Notes under the pieces: model-generated
The model's database searches: none
Told to the model about the DNA's origin: nothing
The model's input: the letters and a program-made list of their open reading frames with translations, nothing else
Translations under genes and position numbers: made by a program
Shown here: positions 8,897-20,000 of the stretch, piece by piece
Numbering within the stretch: the first letter of the stretch is position 1
Layout: every line of letters starts with the position of its first letter
Assembly: GCA_009602725.1 (NCBI GenBank)
Contig: WELB01000001.1
Coordinates: 1,677,264-1,697,263, forward strand
Length of the DNA: 20,000 bases
Source of the DNA: Spirogloea muscicola
Lineage: Eukaryota
Reading direction: 5' to 3'

Positions 8897-11800
8897 ATGG
8901 AGGCGCGCGCTGCCTCTGGCGCCGAGGCCGGAGGCTCGCCACAGGACGAGCTCCAGGATGCCTACCTCTCCGAGCTCCTCTCCTACAGCCTCGAGCACCT
9001 GAGCAAGGTTTGCCTGCTGACATCGACGGGCCCCCGGCTATTGCAACTGGTCATGCTGCCGGTCCCCGCCTACTCTTCTCCTTGGCTCAACCAGACTTGT
9101 CGTCCACGAGAGATATTTCATTTTAGAGCGCGGTCTATCTGGCCGACTTACCAGCCCCTTGGCCTGATCGCGGCAACCTCCAAGGCACAATGTAGAGCCT
9201 GGGTTCGTGGATCCCGTCTCTTCCAGACCCAGCCCGCCTGGTTGGCTCAACTCAAGCGTCGAACGGCCTGGACATCGTCGAATACATGTGTAGCGTAACA
9301 TGGCAAGCCCTTGCGAAGTACCAGAGTGATCCAGGCCAAGCAGTATTTGCACCCTTTGCTGGTGTCTGGAGGGTGTCTGTACAGCTATGTTGCTTATGAA
9401 ACTGTATGTTAACCTGTTGGCTTTTCAACCTAGATATCCACTTCTGCATCTCTGAGCTGCAGAGCCTTTCCTTATTAGGTTCCTGCCACTGGCAGGATGT
9501 CAGAAACGGCTGTGCCAGCAGGGTCCTCGGTGTCGATCAGGACATTGTCATCGTGCATGATAGCTACATTGCATTCTCAACCAGCCCCGTAGCCCTTCAA
9601 GAATTGAATCAGGTTCCAGAGATTGTGTTTGATACTCTTGATGTCCCCTGAATAGAGCTAGCTGTGTTGACCTACTCAGGAACCAGAGCTCCTGAGAACT
9701 GAGGCAGAGCGAATTCAACGACAGATGCAGGAAGTTGCAATAGGCCATTACCGGGCCTTCATTGCTGCAGCTGAAGCTGTGCAGTCTATACGAAAAGAGA
9801 TAGCTAAAGTGGACCTGCACTTAGAGTCGCTGGTGAGTACTCAGAACTGGAGCTTATTTTGGTGGTCAAGGCTGGCATGTGGCATGCTTTGGCCTGGCTG
9901 TGGACCTCTGCTTCTGGTTTCCAGACACAAGCATCATATTTGAAGTGCATTCTCTGATTGAGTCTGTTTACATGCCATTTCTTTGTTGTTGCTTGGTGAG
10001 CGGTCACCTCACGAGCATTTGTCCTTGACGTTCCAGTGGAGCTGCTGTTTCTCTGTCTTTGTCATACGATGCTAATAGGGATGTCAACTTCTGCAGATCC
10101 AGGAGGTGCCAAAGCTGACAAATGGTTGCAATCAATTTATGGAGGACGCTCAGAACATAGTAGAGAAACGGAGGCTCAACAGGACAACGCTGGCAACGCA
10201 GCCAACCTTGTTGGACCTTTTGGAAATACCACAGTTGATGGACACGTGAGCTTCTGCTGTCCGGCTTAGTTCTCTTATTTATGCACTCCACTCCTCAACT
10301 TCACAGTGAAGATCAGTAGAAGCATCATGGCATTAAGGCCTCTTCTTTGTGTGGCTGTGGAGTTCTCCATAGGCTGTACTTAGGTATACAGTATGCAGCA
10401 GTAGCTGGATCACCCGCAACATATGAGGTGTATGGCTCAGTTGTCGTGATGTGCTGAGACTTACATACGCTGACAGGTGTGTCCGAAATGGGAACTATGA
10501 TGAGGCTCTGGATTTGGAGGCATTTGTCTCGAAGCTGGCCACGATGCACGCAAAGTACGTATATCCTATTCCGACTCCCCTATCTTGCATGATGATGTAA
10601 GACTGCAGATGACTATTGCCTCTGACGAGTTACTAGCGATTGACTTCAACGTCCCCAGGCTCCCCGTTATCCAAGCTTTGGCAGAAGAAGTTCGACAGAT
10701 TACGCAGTCAATGTTGTCACAACTACTACAGAGATTGAGATCAAGCATCCAGGTAGCTTAGTATCCTTCAAAATGTGCGACTGCTACATTGCAAGTGGCA
10801 CGATCTGCGGCAGTTGCTAGTCGTGCTCGCTTAGACAGATGAAATTAGATAAATGCTGACATCGTAGACAGCGGGGCCCACTCAAAACACGATAGATCAA
10901 TTGGTTTGGCTGCCAGTTTGTCATGGAGCCTGCATGACAAAGCATTAGCTCACACTCTGTCGTACTTGTGCAGCTCCCAGAGTGTCTTCGAGTCATTGGC
11001 TATTTGAGAAGACTTGCTGTATTCACAGAGCATGAGATGAGATTGCAGGTACTTTGCATGATGACCCATACCAGCTGATATTTAGGAGAATACTTTCTGT
11101 ATGATAGGAGGAATATTATAAAGCAACGTGCTTCTCACATGACGGGCTTTATTCTTATCAATAATGTTGACTACCTTTACTCGACTAGAGTGCTCCCAAT
11201 GTGCCAGAAGAATGACTCTGAGTATACCTGCCATGCCTGCATATGTCTTCTTGTTGTGCACAGTTCTTGAGGTGTCGAGAGGCTTGGTTGACAGACATTG
11301 TTGAGGAGCTTGACAAAAGCAGTCCATATGACTACTTGAAGAGAATGACAGATAGCCACAGGGTCCACCTCTTCGACGTGGTGATGCAGTACAGAGCAAT
11401 CTTCTCAGATGACACCTCTGGGCTAGAGGAACGGGGCGATGGCGGCCTCATATATAGTTGGGCCATGCACAGAATCACTTCCTATCTCTCCGTCTTGAAA
11501 GCTGTCCTTCCGAAGATTACGGATGGGGGATCTTTGGCCAGCGTTTTGGAGCATTGCATGGTGAGGACATGACACGTTTGCCTAGACAACGTGGCCATCT
11601 GAAGCAGTTCTGAACATTATGGTTTACTACTTGACATGGTGCTAGTCGGCTATCTGACATGATGAGCCTCCAATACACCTTCCGAGCACCATCGCGCTTC
11701 CACTTATGACATATTGCTCACACAATGAGCTCATTGTGAGGGTCTTGCATTTGCAGTATTGTGGAATGAGCCTTGGGAGAGTTGGCCTTGACTTCCGGGG

Positions 11801-13457
11801 CTTGCTTCCTCCACTCTTCGAAGCGTAAGTTGCCAGCCTGTGACTTGGTACCTGGCATTAGCTGTCATATGAGCAAATGCTCACAACAAATGTTCTCCGC
11901 ACAGGCGCTTTATATTCCTCTGACAGGTATGACTTTGTGCACAGGTGTATGCGGGACTTGTTCGTGCGATGCCTTGGTGCTGCTCTGGAAAATTCTCAGG
12001 TGTGTGCCTACTCTGCAACAGACTCAGCTGCAGGCACTGGTTGCCAAAGTCCTGACTGAATGACAATGTTGCAAGCCTCAATATTCAAGCCGCTGTCATC
12101 AGCCCTACATATGAGTGGACTGCATGTACTAGAAAGCAATGCGGTGAAGCATTGTGGGATGTGTATATTGCAGCAAGTTCTAGATTCACATCGCTGGATA
12201 CCCTTGCCAGCCATGGGGTCTGGGCTGCGCTCGTCTGCTGGCAATGACTCTTCTGACGACGTTGCCCCACCCTACTCTTTGATGGAGCACCCTCCCTTAG
12301 CTGCATTTGTCAATGGTGAAATCAATAGCCCCTGCCCTTTCAAGCCTTCGTCATGTAATTATGCCTGCTTGTCTTCATAATACCATCCTCCTACATGTAA
12401 CCTAGAGCCACAGCGCCCTTGTAAGACCTGCACAGTTGACTTTACATTCGTACACTGATAGGAAGTAGCATCTGCACATTTCAATGAAATCGACAAAAAT
12501 GAAGTTGCTTGTTAGCCTTGTCTTTTGACCGTCTGCAGGTGTGCTTGCTGCATTGAATGAGCTGAGGCATTGTGCCCCCACAGCATTGAGAGGACAATTA
12601 GCAAAGGAGCTGCAGAAGACCCTGGAGAATGTGTCCTTCTCCCTTGTGCGATATCATCAGACTCAGATCCTCCGAGAACCTGAGCAGCAGCTCTTCTCAT
12701 CCACTTGCCGGGCTTTTGTGGAGGTGCTTGCCAGAACACCTCTTTTGGCCAGTCTCACATCTGTGTGTGCTTGGATCTCAGATTATTGTAGCACGTATGT
12801 GCACTTGGATCTCTGTCTATTGAATATGTGAGTCGTGGATAACTATTGCAGCCTACAGTTGCAGATCCTGCTGAGGCGGCAGCTGTGTTTTCCTTATCAC
12901 TGACTTAGTCTTTTGCTCCGTGCTTGGCATTCATGCACTGCTTCCAGGTAGCTTGTCCATATGTGATTCTGTGCTTCTCAAGGTGCTACCCTGGTGCACA
13001 GACGCTGCTGGACACAGGCGCCATCTCTCAGCCCGTGCAGAAGTTGATCCAGGCCAGTCTTCCACCCCAAGCCGCTGACAAGGACAGGCAGCATAGGCAG
13101 GAGGCTGCGCAGCAGAGTGCGGCAACGAGCAGCAATAGCCTTGGCAGTGGCCAGAATGGGAGCGAGGTCCAAGAGGCAGATGGCACTGGCCACTACAGGA
13201 GAGATGCCGACAGCGGATCAGCTGAAAATGGGCACAGAGGGCAGGACAGTAGCACGGACGGAGTCGCTGCGAGTTTGCCCACAGAGCTGCAAGAAACGGC
13301 CGGGGCAACAAGGGCTGATTTGGGCGGGACTGCCAATCACCTCACATTAGGCAAGCTGCCTGTGAAGCTGGGTGGACCTTTTCCAGCCATGCCGGCCGCA
13401 AAGCCCCCACCTGCTGCTCCCCGGCCGAGGTCCGCTCAGGTGGTCACAAGGAGCTAG
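8897..13457 (+). CDS. COG8: Conserved oligomeric Golgi complex subunit 8 (Dor1 family), 12 exons
   Basis: Exons 8897-9007, 9680-9832, 10097-10245, 10477-10554, 10659-10752, 10974-11048, 11264-11560, 11757-11824, 11945-11999, 12174-12315, 12539-12723 and 12948-13457 are GT-AG and in phase. Signature blocks: [104 protein letters not shown]. Confidence 0.96.
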
Positions 13458-14883
13458 CAGTGGGCCACCAAGCTGAGGTGACCTCTCCGCAGCTTCTAAC
13501 TCCAGCGATGTGTGAGGTCCTTCTACCAAGTCTTTGGGAGAGCCCATGACAGTTGGACTGCGGGTTCAGCCGGTGTGTACCTCTGCCAACAAGCAGAAGA
13601 CTATACTTCGTATCCCTATTCTTTCTCTCCGCCCTCCGATATGTTGAGAGCTCCTTCACGTTCTTTTTGGCTTGAACAACATTACAATCCAAACGTCATC
13701 ATTAATCATGCAGCGTCACAGAGACTGAGGACGCACATCGTTATGTGGTTGAGGATGTCTGTTACGCAGCTTGGATGGGGGAGTGAATCAATCCTCAGTG
13801 ATGCGGCTCTGAGACCATTCGTCATGCAAAAAGCATTAATGTGAAGTTCTACATGGATGACAGTTGCTTAGAAACAGGGACACATTTTGGAGGTTGTCAC
13901 TTGAGATCCTGATGCGTTATTGTCGTTAAGCACGCGAATGTGCTCCTGCGCTACTTACATGCCCCTTGATTGATGGCGATGTCAGCACCACCGTTGACAG
14001 CCATGTACTCGTCCGTGGGATACTGGTTTGGCCTGTCAGTTCTTCCGGTTTCTTAGCAAACCTGCTGTCCTTGTTGCTCAAGCATTACCGATTTGGAACC
14101 TGAATCTGGGCCTACAACATGGGCCTGAGACCTCAGACCCTGAAAGGCAGGCCCCAGATATCGAAGCATGCAGTGACCACCAATGATGCCATCAATGATG
14201 CCATTATCAGGTACTCGTGTGGGCAGTGATCCTTGGTTCAGGCAAGAACCGGCCCAAAGGTGGAGCTCTGTATCTACCTGTCTCAACATGGACCTCGTGC
14301 TCATTGATACTCGATACTCGATACTGAGGGCCTTGGTTCTTGACCCTCCCCACTCCACAGTCACTAAGATAGCATGCTTCTGGACGGTCCGGCAAGAGCA
14401 CGAAGTTGCCACAAGAGCTGCGCCTGTCTCTGCGGACCCCAAGTGTAGTTGCTCGACAAAATAGAGTGCCCAGCACCAGCGCCACCAGAGAGTGCTGCCG
14501 GTCCTGGAGTTGGTCAGTCCGGGCCGTCTTTACCACACAATCTTCAAGGAGCGAGACCGCAGGCCCGCGCTGCTGTCACTTGGCGCACTGGGATGAGAGT
14601 TCACTCAGAATCTGGTGCTAGTTACCAGGCCGGCGTGCGCCACAGCAATCGCCATCGCTGCGTGGCACCTGGGCAAATCCTCCCTCGAGGAACAGCGCGA
14701 AGCAGGACTTTGTTGGGCAGGCTTGCACTTCCAGCCTACGATTGTGGACGCTTTGGATGACCAATTGCTGCGCAGGTCGATCGCGTCTGCACTGGTGGGG
14801 TCCAGCTTGACGCCGGCTCACTGCATAGCTGACCTGGTGAGAGGGAGACGCTGATCTTGGCGGGCCGGCTCAGAGGGCCCAGC

Positions 14884-16724
14884 ATGGCGGCTGCCACACA
14901 GCAATTAGTGGAGGATGCGGTTGTGGGGATTGACGAGAAGCCGTTGTCAGTGCCACCGGCGCTGCCCCTGCCTCTGCCAGCGGCGACCACGCCGCGGGGC
15001 CTGCTGCAGGACCTCATCTCCCGCACCCGCGCCTGCTGGTACCAGCCGGTGGAGTTCTTCGTGGCGTGGCAGGGCGTTCTCACAGTCATCTATCAGGGCA
15101 TCCCACCAGCCTTTGAGGAGGTACGTGCTTGATAAGCGGAGAAGAGCATTTAGGGATTAGGTTTTAGACGCAGGGGTTTAGGGTTCAGGGTTTAGGGTTT
15201 AAGTACAGACCTCTGGGAGGTTGGCTGTGCATGCACTGCCACTACGTCAAGCACAATACGCCTCCTAGTAGCAGTCACTATCAGAGATGCTACATCACTG
15301 GTTTGTGGAAAGAGATCTATAAGTAGGGTTTAAGCAGTAGGGAGTACTATGACTTAGTTTTAGTGTCTATACTTCATGCAGAGTCAGTCAATGCAGGCCG
15401 CCACGGCATTTGGCAGCTCTTAAGGGTCTGCAACTGTTGATCACTGGTACATGCACTGCTCTTTACACGCCGTCTCCTGAGCTGCCTGAGCTGCCGCGCA
15501 GCTCAAGGTGGCAATTGAGGGGCTGTCACCCGCGGTCGTGCGCGAGAATCCCGGCTCCAAGTGGCCCAAGACCAGCCTGGCCTGCCTGCGCGACGGAGCC
15601 CGGTTGAGCCCGCATCAGCTCGTAGCACTGCGACACATCTGCAGGCAAGCTCCGCCGGCTCTCAGCTGCGTAGATTGTACCCTTTCTGTGGTAAGCTAAC
15701 CGTCCAGGGTGGTTCGGTCCGAGGCAGCATGTCACTGCATGTCACCACAATCTGAGAATCAGTACAACAGCCAGCACCAAGAGACCAGTGACTACAGTTC
15801 ACTCAGATTTTGGTCCACTAAACTACGGGCGGTCAAGCCGTTGGGAGTACAGCCACCGCACGAATGGCACATGCAGGCCTTCAAAAAGTGGCTGAGCTCA
15901 AGCTGTGATCTGAGGTGTGAGCTGTTGATAGAGGATGGTCAAACAGCTCAAAGCTTGACCCTGTAGGCCTTCAGTCAATGCCTAGCCGTAGACAGTCCTT
16001 GTCTAAACACCTTGTCACAAAAGTCGATCTTGCAACTCGCATGTACAAATGATTGTCATTACATAGTTAGTTGCGCCTTAGCTGACAATGGCCATAAGTA
16101 AGCTGTGCCGGAACCAACGACTTTGATTGCGGCCGTCCAAATCTGTCGCAGCGAGGAAAATGCAGCTCTTGCAGTGACCCCGCCGATCCTTGTGGACAAC
16201 CTGTCGGTGGTCACCTATGAGAGCTGCTGCCTAGACCGCACGCTGGTCGTGGCTGATGTAGCGCTGGCGCTGCCGGCGGACCCCCACCCACCCACGACAG
16301 CGCAGCAGGAGGCTGTGCGTGCTGTTGCGGATGAGTTCGCCCCCGCCAACCTCGACAACTATTGGTTTCACGCAAGCAAGGACGGTGAGCCAGCGCTTCT
16401 CAAGCAGCTTACGCTAGAGCGTAAGCACTAGATAATTGAGGAGAGCTGCACGGAATGACAAGATAAAATCCATAGTGGTCGACGACTTCAACGATTTAGT
16501 GAAGTTGCACGTTAAGCTCACAATGCCACGGTTGTCCACTTTGCACAGGCAACCGTTCGCAGCACTACCGGGCGCCCAAGCTGGGGTCCACCGTCGTGCA
16601 CTTTCTCCGCCACAGTCCTCCGGCCTTGGCGCGGTTCCGTGCGCGCGTGGATGGCGTGCTGCCTGGCATGTACGACTGGTTTTCTGAGGGCACGCTACAC
16701 ATTACTCTTCGAGCAATCACGTGA
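14884..16724 (+). CDS. Uncharacterised 262-aa protein, possible 2H-phosphoesterase-like fold; 4 exons
   Basis: Exons 14884-15120, 15502-15644, 16152-16384 and 16549-16724 give a 789-nt ORF if intron 2 is GC-AG. Exons are GC-rich with coding-like codon use. Blocks include FFVAWQGVLTVIYQG, RENPGSKWPKTSL and YDWFSEGTLHITLRA. The fold assignment is inference only. Confidence 0.8.
15149..15200 (+). repeat. Degenerate interstitial plant-type telomeric repeat (TTTAGGG) in an intron
   Basis: TTTAGGGATTAGGTTTTAG...GGGGTTTAGGGTTCAGGGTTTAGGGTTT. Confidence 0.8.
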
Positions 16725-17693
16725 CACAGCCTGGCCGCTTCTTAGCGAGGCCCTGGAGGCAGAACCTTCTAATGGGCTGTTGATGGGTCCAAAAGACAAT
16801 CAGCAATCAGCTGCTTGTCCGAGTTCCATTGTTGAGAGCAGCGAATCACCTGACTTGTGCATTACCCTCACATTGTGTGCCTGTCTTCCTTCAACTGCCT
16901 GGCCCCTGCTTGTGTACTGCACTGTTAGTTCATCGAGTAAGAAAACGAGCTGCTCGATTACACTTGCATGTGGTTTGGGAGCACCGCACCAAGCAATTCC
17001 TCAAAGTTGCTGCATAAGCTCAGTATGTGCATCACTTGCAGGCTGTGATTAAGAAAAAGTCGTCAGATTATCCACCTCTGGTCAGCTTGAGAGCGTGCAG
17101 GTTGTCATTACCTTAGTGGATGACATCTATAAAAGTCATGTGGTGATGAGGCACCACAGGGGAAGCGGGTAAGGAGGAAGCATAACTGTATGTAAGCGTA
17201 TCTGCATGTGAGTATCTCTTACCTCTTACCTCGTCGCAGCTGCACTTGCATCATTCACTTCACATGAAAGCAGCCGGGCACAGGGTGCAAGAGAAAATAT
17301 GAGTATGTGACCTTTAATGAGAATGAATAAAGAATGTCTCTAGTCTATGTCTCCTATTTCTAAGTACATGTACAAAATGCGTCCAGTTCGCCTCTATGAG
17401 GGGCCAGCAGGTCATGAGTCCAACAGGTAAATCTTGCGCTTCAATAAAAGCACATACTGGTGGACGAAACCCCTTTCCCAAGCTTGGACGTCCTAAGAAA
17501 GCCGAAAGCAGTAGTAGCTGCTGCCAGCATGCTCTTGCGCCCGAAAGTTTGGGTGTGTATTTGCAGGGACAGCATCAGCCGTGTCCTGCACCTGTCTTGG
17601 CAGGTACTTGCTCCGAGCCACAGATGGCCCAGCTATGCTGCACGCCAGGAGTCTGTGCCGGGTGCTGGAGGCCGGTGCCAATCAAAAACTTTC

Positions 17694-20000
17694 TCAGGAG
17701 CAGTAATTGACTTTGCAGCTACCGCCAAGCGCGAGGCGGCCCTCGCAAGCAACGTAGTCGAGCCACCCATCAGGGCCTTGCTCCTGCCCACCGTTAAGCG
17801 GGTGCTCGCCCGTCGCCGCCGGAGCCATGCTCTGCCAAGGCTGGCCACTCCCCTTGTACCTACAAAATCAGAGATTGAGAATTTATTGCTCAAGGGTCAA
17901 CATTAGGCAGCGATTTTAGGAGTGGAAACGGCGTTAGTTTGTGGGGTATCTGCGAGCCTTCTGCCGTACAAACCTAATTTTAATTAGTGGCATCGCAGTC
18001 AGGCAAGAGCCGGCCAGCAGGTCTCACCCGCTCTTGCACTGGAGCCCCGCAACACGTTGGTCCTTGAGCAGCTCCTCTACAAGTGCGTCATCGAATGCGC
18101 GCTGCAAGGCTTCACTGCGACTGTCCTCGCCTCCTTCGCCGCCCTCACTGTCCGTGGCAATGGCTGACTGCCAGCCGGCACCAAACTCCACAGCCCGACG
18201 GAGTGCCATGCGCGCACGCCAGACTGCCAGGCTCCAGCTCGACTGCCCGCTTCCCAAGAACGCGGCTGCACGCTTTGCCACCTCCTGCTCCAGCAGCGAG
18301 ACCAGGTGGTTGCCAGGCTGCATGCGGCGGCAGCAACAGCAGCAGCGTCAAGAGGGTCAGACCAGCTATATTCATTGCTGCATTTGAGGTCGGCGACAGA
18401 CAAGGCCACACTGATCGGAGACTGCACAGCTGATGGAGTGCAATGGACCTGGAAATTTTCGCGATCGAGGCCAAAGAGGGTGCCGATCTGCAGAAGGTCC
18501 GGTGTGGAGCCGTCTGGGAAGCACGGCAGCGATGGGCAGCGCCAGAGTCCGGCAACGGCAAGGCCTCGTTCCCGCAGAGTCAACACCACCTGCCACGTGG
18601 CTCGCAGCTGGAAGCATCAGGGACAGCGTGCCAGTGTCTGTTAGGAGGTGGCGCTAGAGAGAAGAGCAATGCAGCTCAGGGTCGGCCAACGCAGCCCACT
18701 CTGGCGACCAAGTCGCAGCGGCCGCGGCCGGGTAGCCAGCCATCAGTGGCAATGTAGACGGCGGTGACGTTGTTGCCAGCTGCTGCGTCGACGATCGCGT
18801 CCACCAGGTCCGGCACCGTCACGAGAACCCCAGCATGATGGGATCCTGTGGACGGCGAATTGGTGTGACCACGCAAACTGCTGCCAGTCAGTGGTGAGAC
18901 ATGCAACATGGCCATCACCCAAGTGCCGGAGCCATGAGGATGTCAGCAGCTGCATGCTTCTGACGGCCTGACGTGCCTGGTTGACAGCCCTCGTGGTCGG
19001 CGAGGTCAGTCCACGTCACGTTCGCGGGATGCGACGTCGGATCGTTGGTGTTGCTGCCATCCTCGCAGCGCCCGAAGCAAAGGCCCTGCCCATCGCCTGT
19101 GCACTCCGCCTCGTTGAAGCGCCAGTGCACTGCGCAGCAAGACGAGGGAGGAGGTGAGATTGTGATACTTCGTTCACTTGACATTCGAAGCTTCAACAAT
19201 GTTTTGACTTGTACATGCACACGCACTACATGCTCACATTGGGGGGTTCAATTCAGTATAGTTTAGCGGGAGCCTTGAGATGGCTTTCATACACAGCATG
19301 AGGGAAGGGGTTGGAGGGAGGAGGGCATGCCGCTGGAGGCCAAGAGCCAGCTTTTGTTTGAGGAGGAAAGGAAAGTGGGGAAACGAGAGGCAGGCAGGTG
19401 TCGCGACCGCCGCACGCACACACGCTACATGCTTGCCTGCGAGGAAGGCGGTGCTGGCCCCGAAGACCTGGTCGCAGAGGCGCTGCGCGGCGCGGCTGAT
19501 GGGCCGCGCGGGGGCGAGAAAGGGCGCGACGGCCAGGTAGGCCCCGCGCCACCGCAGGCCCGGGAAGATGCCCAGCAGCGCCGCGCAGCGCTCCGGCCGG
19601 CCGCCCATGGCCGCCATGACGTCTGCCGGGGAGGTCCAGCGGAGGAAGGCCCAGTTGAGCCGCAGCTGGTGCAAGAGGATGAGAGAGAGGAGGTAGGAAT
19701 TGAAATGTGATCAGGTGATTATGAAGGAGAGAGATAAGTTGCAAGGAGGACACTGGCAGGAGGCTGGACACGAGGCGTGGCGGCGGCTGCCTAACTGACC
19801 GTGGAGCGGGCGAGGCTGGCAGGCCGCCACGGCGGCAGCGCCGGGCGCTTGGTGCGCTTGCGCATCTGCCAGACGCCGTCGGCGGTGGCGTTGCAGCGGG
19901 CGAGGCAGGCGGCGACGCTGGCGACGCGCACGAAGCGCGCGAGCCGCCGCAGGTCGTACCGCTCCCCGACCTCGTACCCATAGTGGCCGTCCCACCAGCC
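17694..20000 (-). CDS. GDP-fucose O-fucosyltransferase-family (O-FucT, GT-B fold) protein, 5' end outside the window
   Basis: Exons >20000-19800, 19665-19437, 19129-~18977, 18845-18700, 18589-18449, 18317-18028 and 17859-17694. Motifs FLAVHWR, VYIATD and LLEQEVAKRAAAFLGSGQSSWS match the O-FucT H.R, ATD and (E/D)Q......F.G...SS.S blocks. Confidence 0.85.

Noticed and set aside
8528..9298. 256-aa ORF with a poly-Arg run
   Set aside because: It is read-through of the GCC repeat, COG8 exon 1 and intron 1; the real start is probably 8897.
13060..13457. Novel domain at the COG8 C-terminus
   Set aside because: It is a low-complexity, probably disordered tail; variable C-terminal tails are common in this family.
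13957..14033. Isolated minus-strand exon-like segment (PNQYPTDEYMAVNGGADIAINQGA) between ACTGACAG and GTAAGT
   Set aside because: No partner exons or homology could be established by eye.
3398..20000. Functional carbohydrate/Golgi gene cluster (amylase, COG8, fucosyltransferase)
   Set aside because: The products act in different compartments and nothing indicates co-regulation; adjacency in a compact genome is a sufficient explanation.

Overview
Intron-rich eukaryotic DNA; the plant-like COG8 and amylase sequences suggest a green-lineage organism, probably a streptophyte alga (inference). Five spliced genes were reconstructed by hand from splice sites and reading-frame phase: a mitochondrial-type GrpE (+, ~699-2549); a GH13 plant-type alpha-amylase homolog (-, 6710-3398); COG8/Dor1 (+, 8897-13457); a 262-aa uncharacterised protein with 2H-phosphoesterase-like motifs (+, 14884-16724); and the 3' part of an O-fucosyltransferase-family gene (-, >20000-17694). 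The main observation is that the amylase has an intact 12-exon ORF and a transit-peptide-like N-terminus, but two of three catalytic residues are substituted (Glu to Asp, Asp to Ser), along with other active-site residues. It is a candidate pseudo-alpha-amylase. The divergent spacer between the amylase and COG8 holds a ~1.4-kb element bounded by ~65-bp imperfect inverted repeats. It contains repeated palindromic GGGCTG-N7/8-CAGCCC modules and a frameshifted fragment of a retrotransposon restriction-like endonuclease. Also present are GC-AG introns, an intronic TTTAGGG tract and a spaced ACGTGG cluster.
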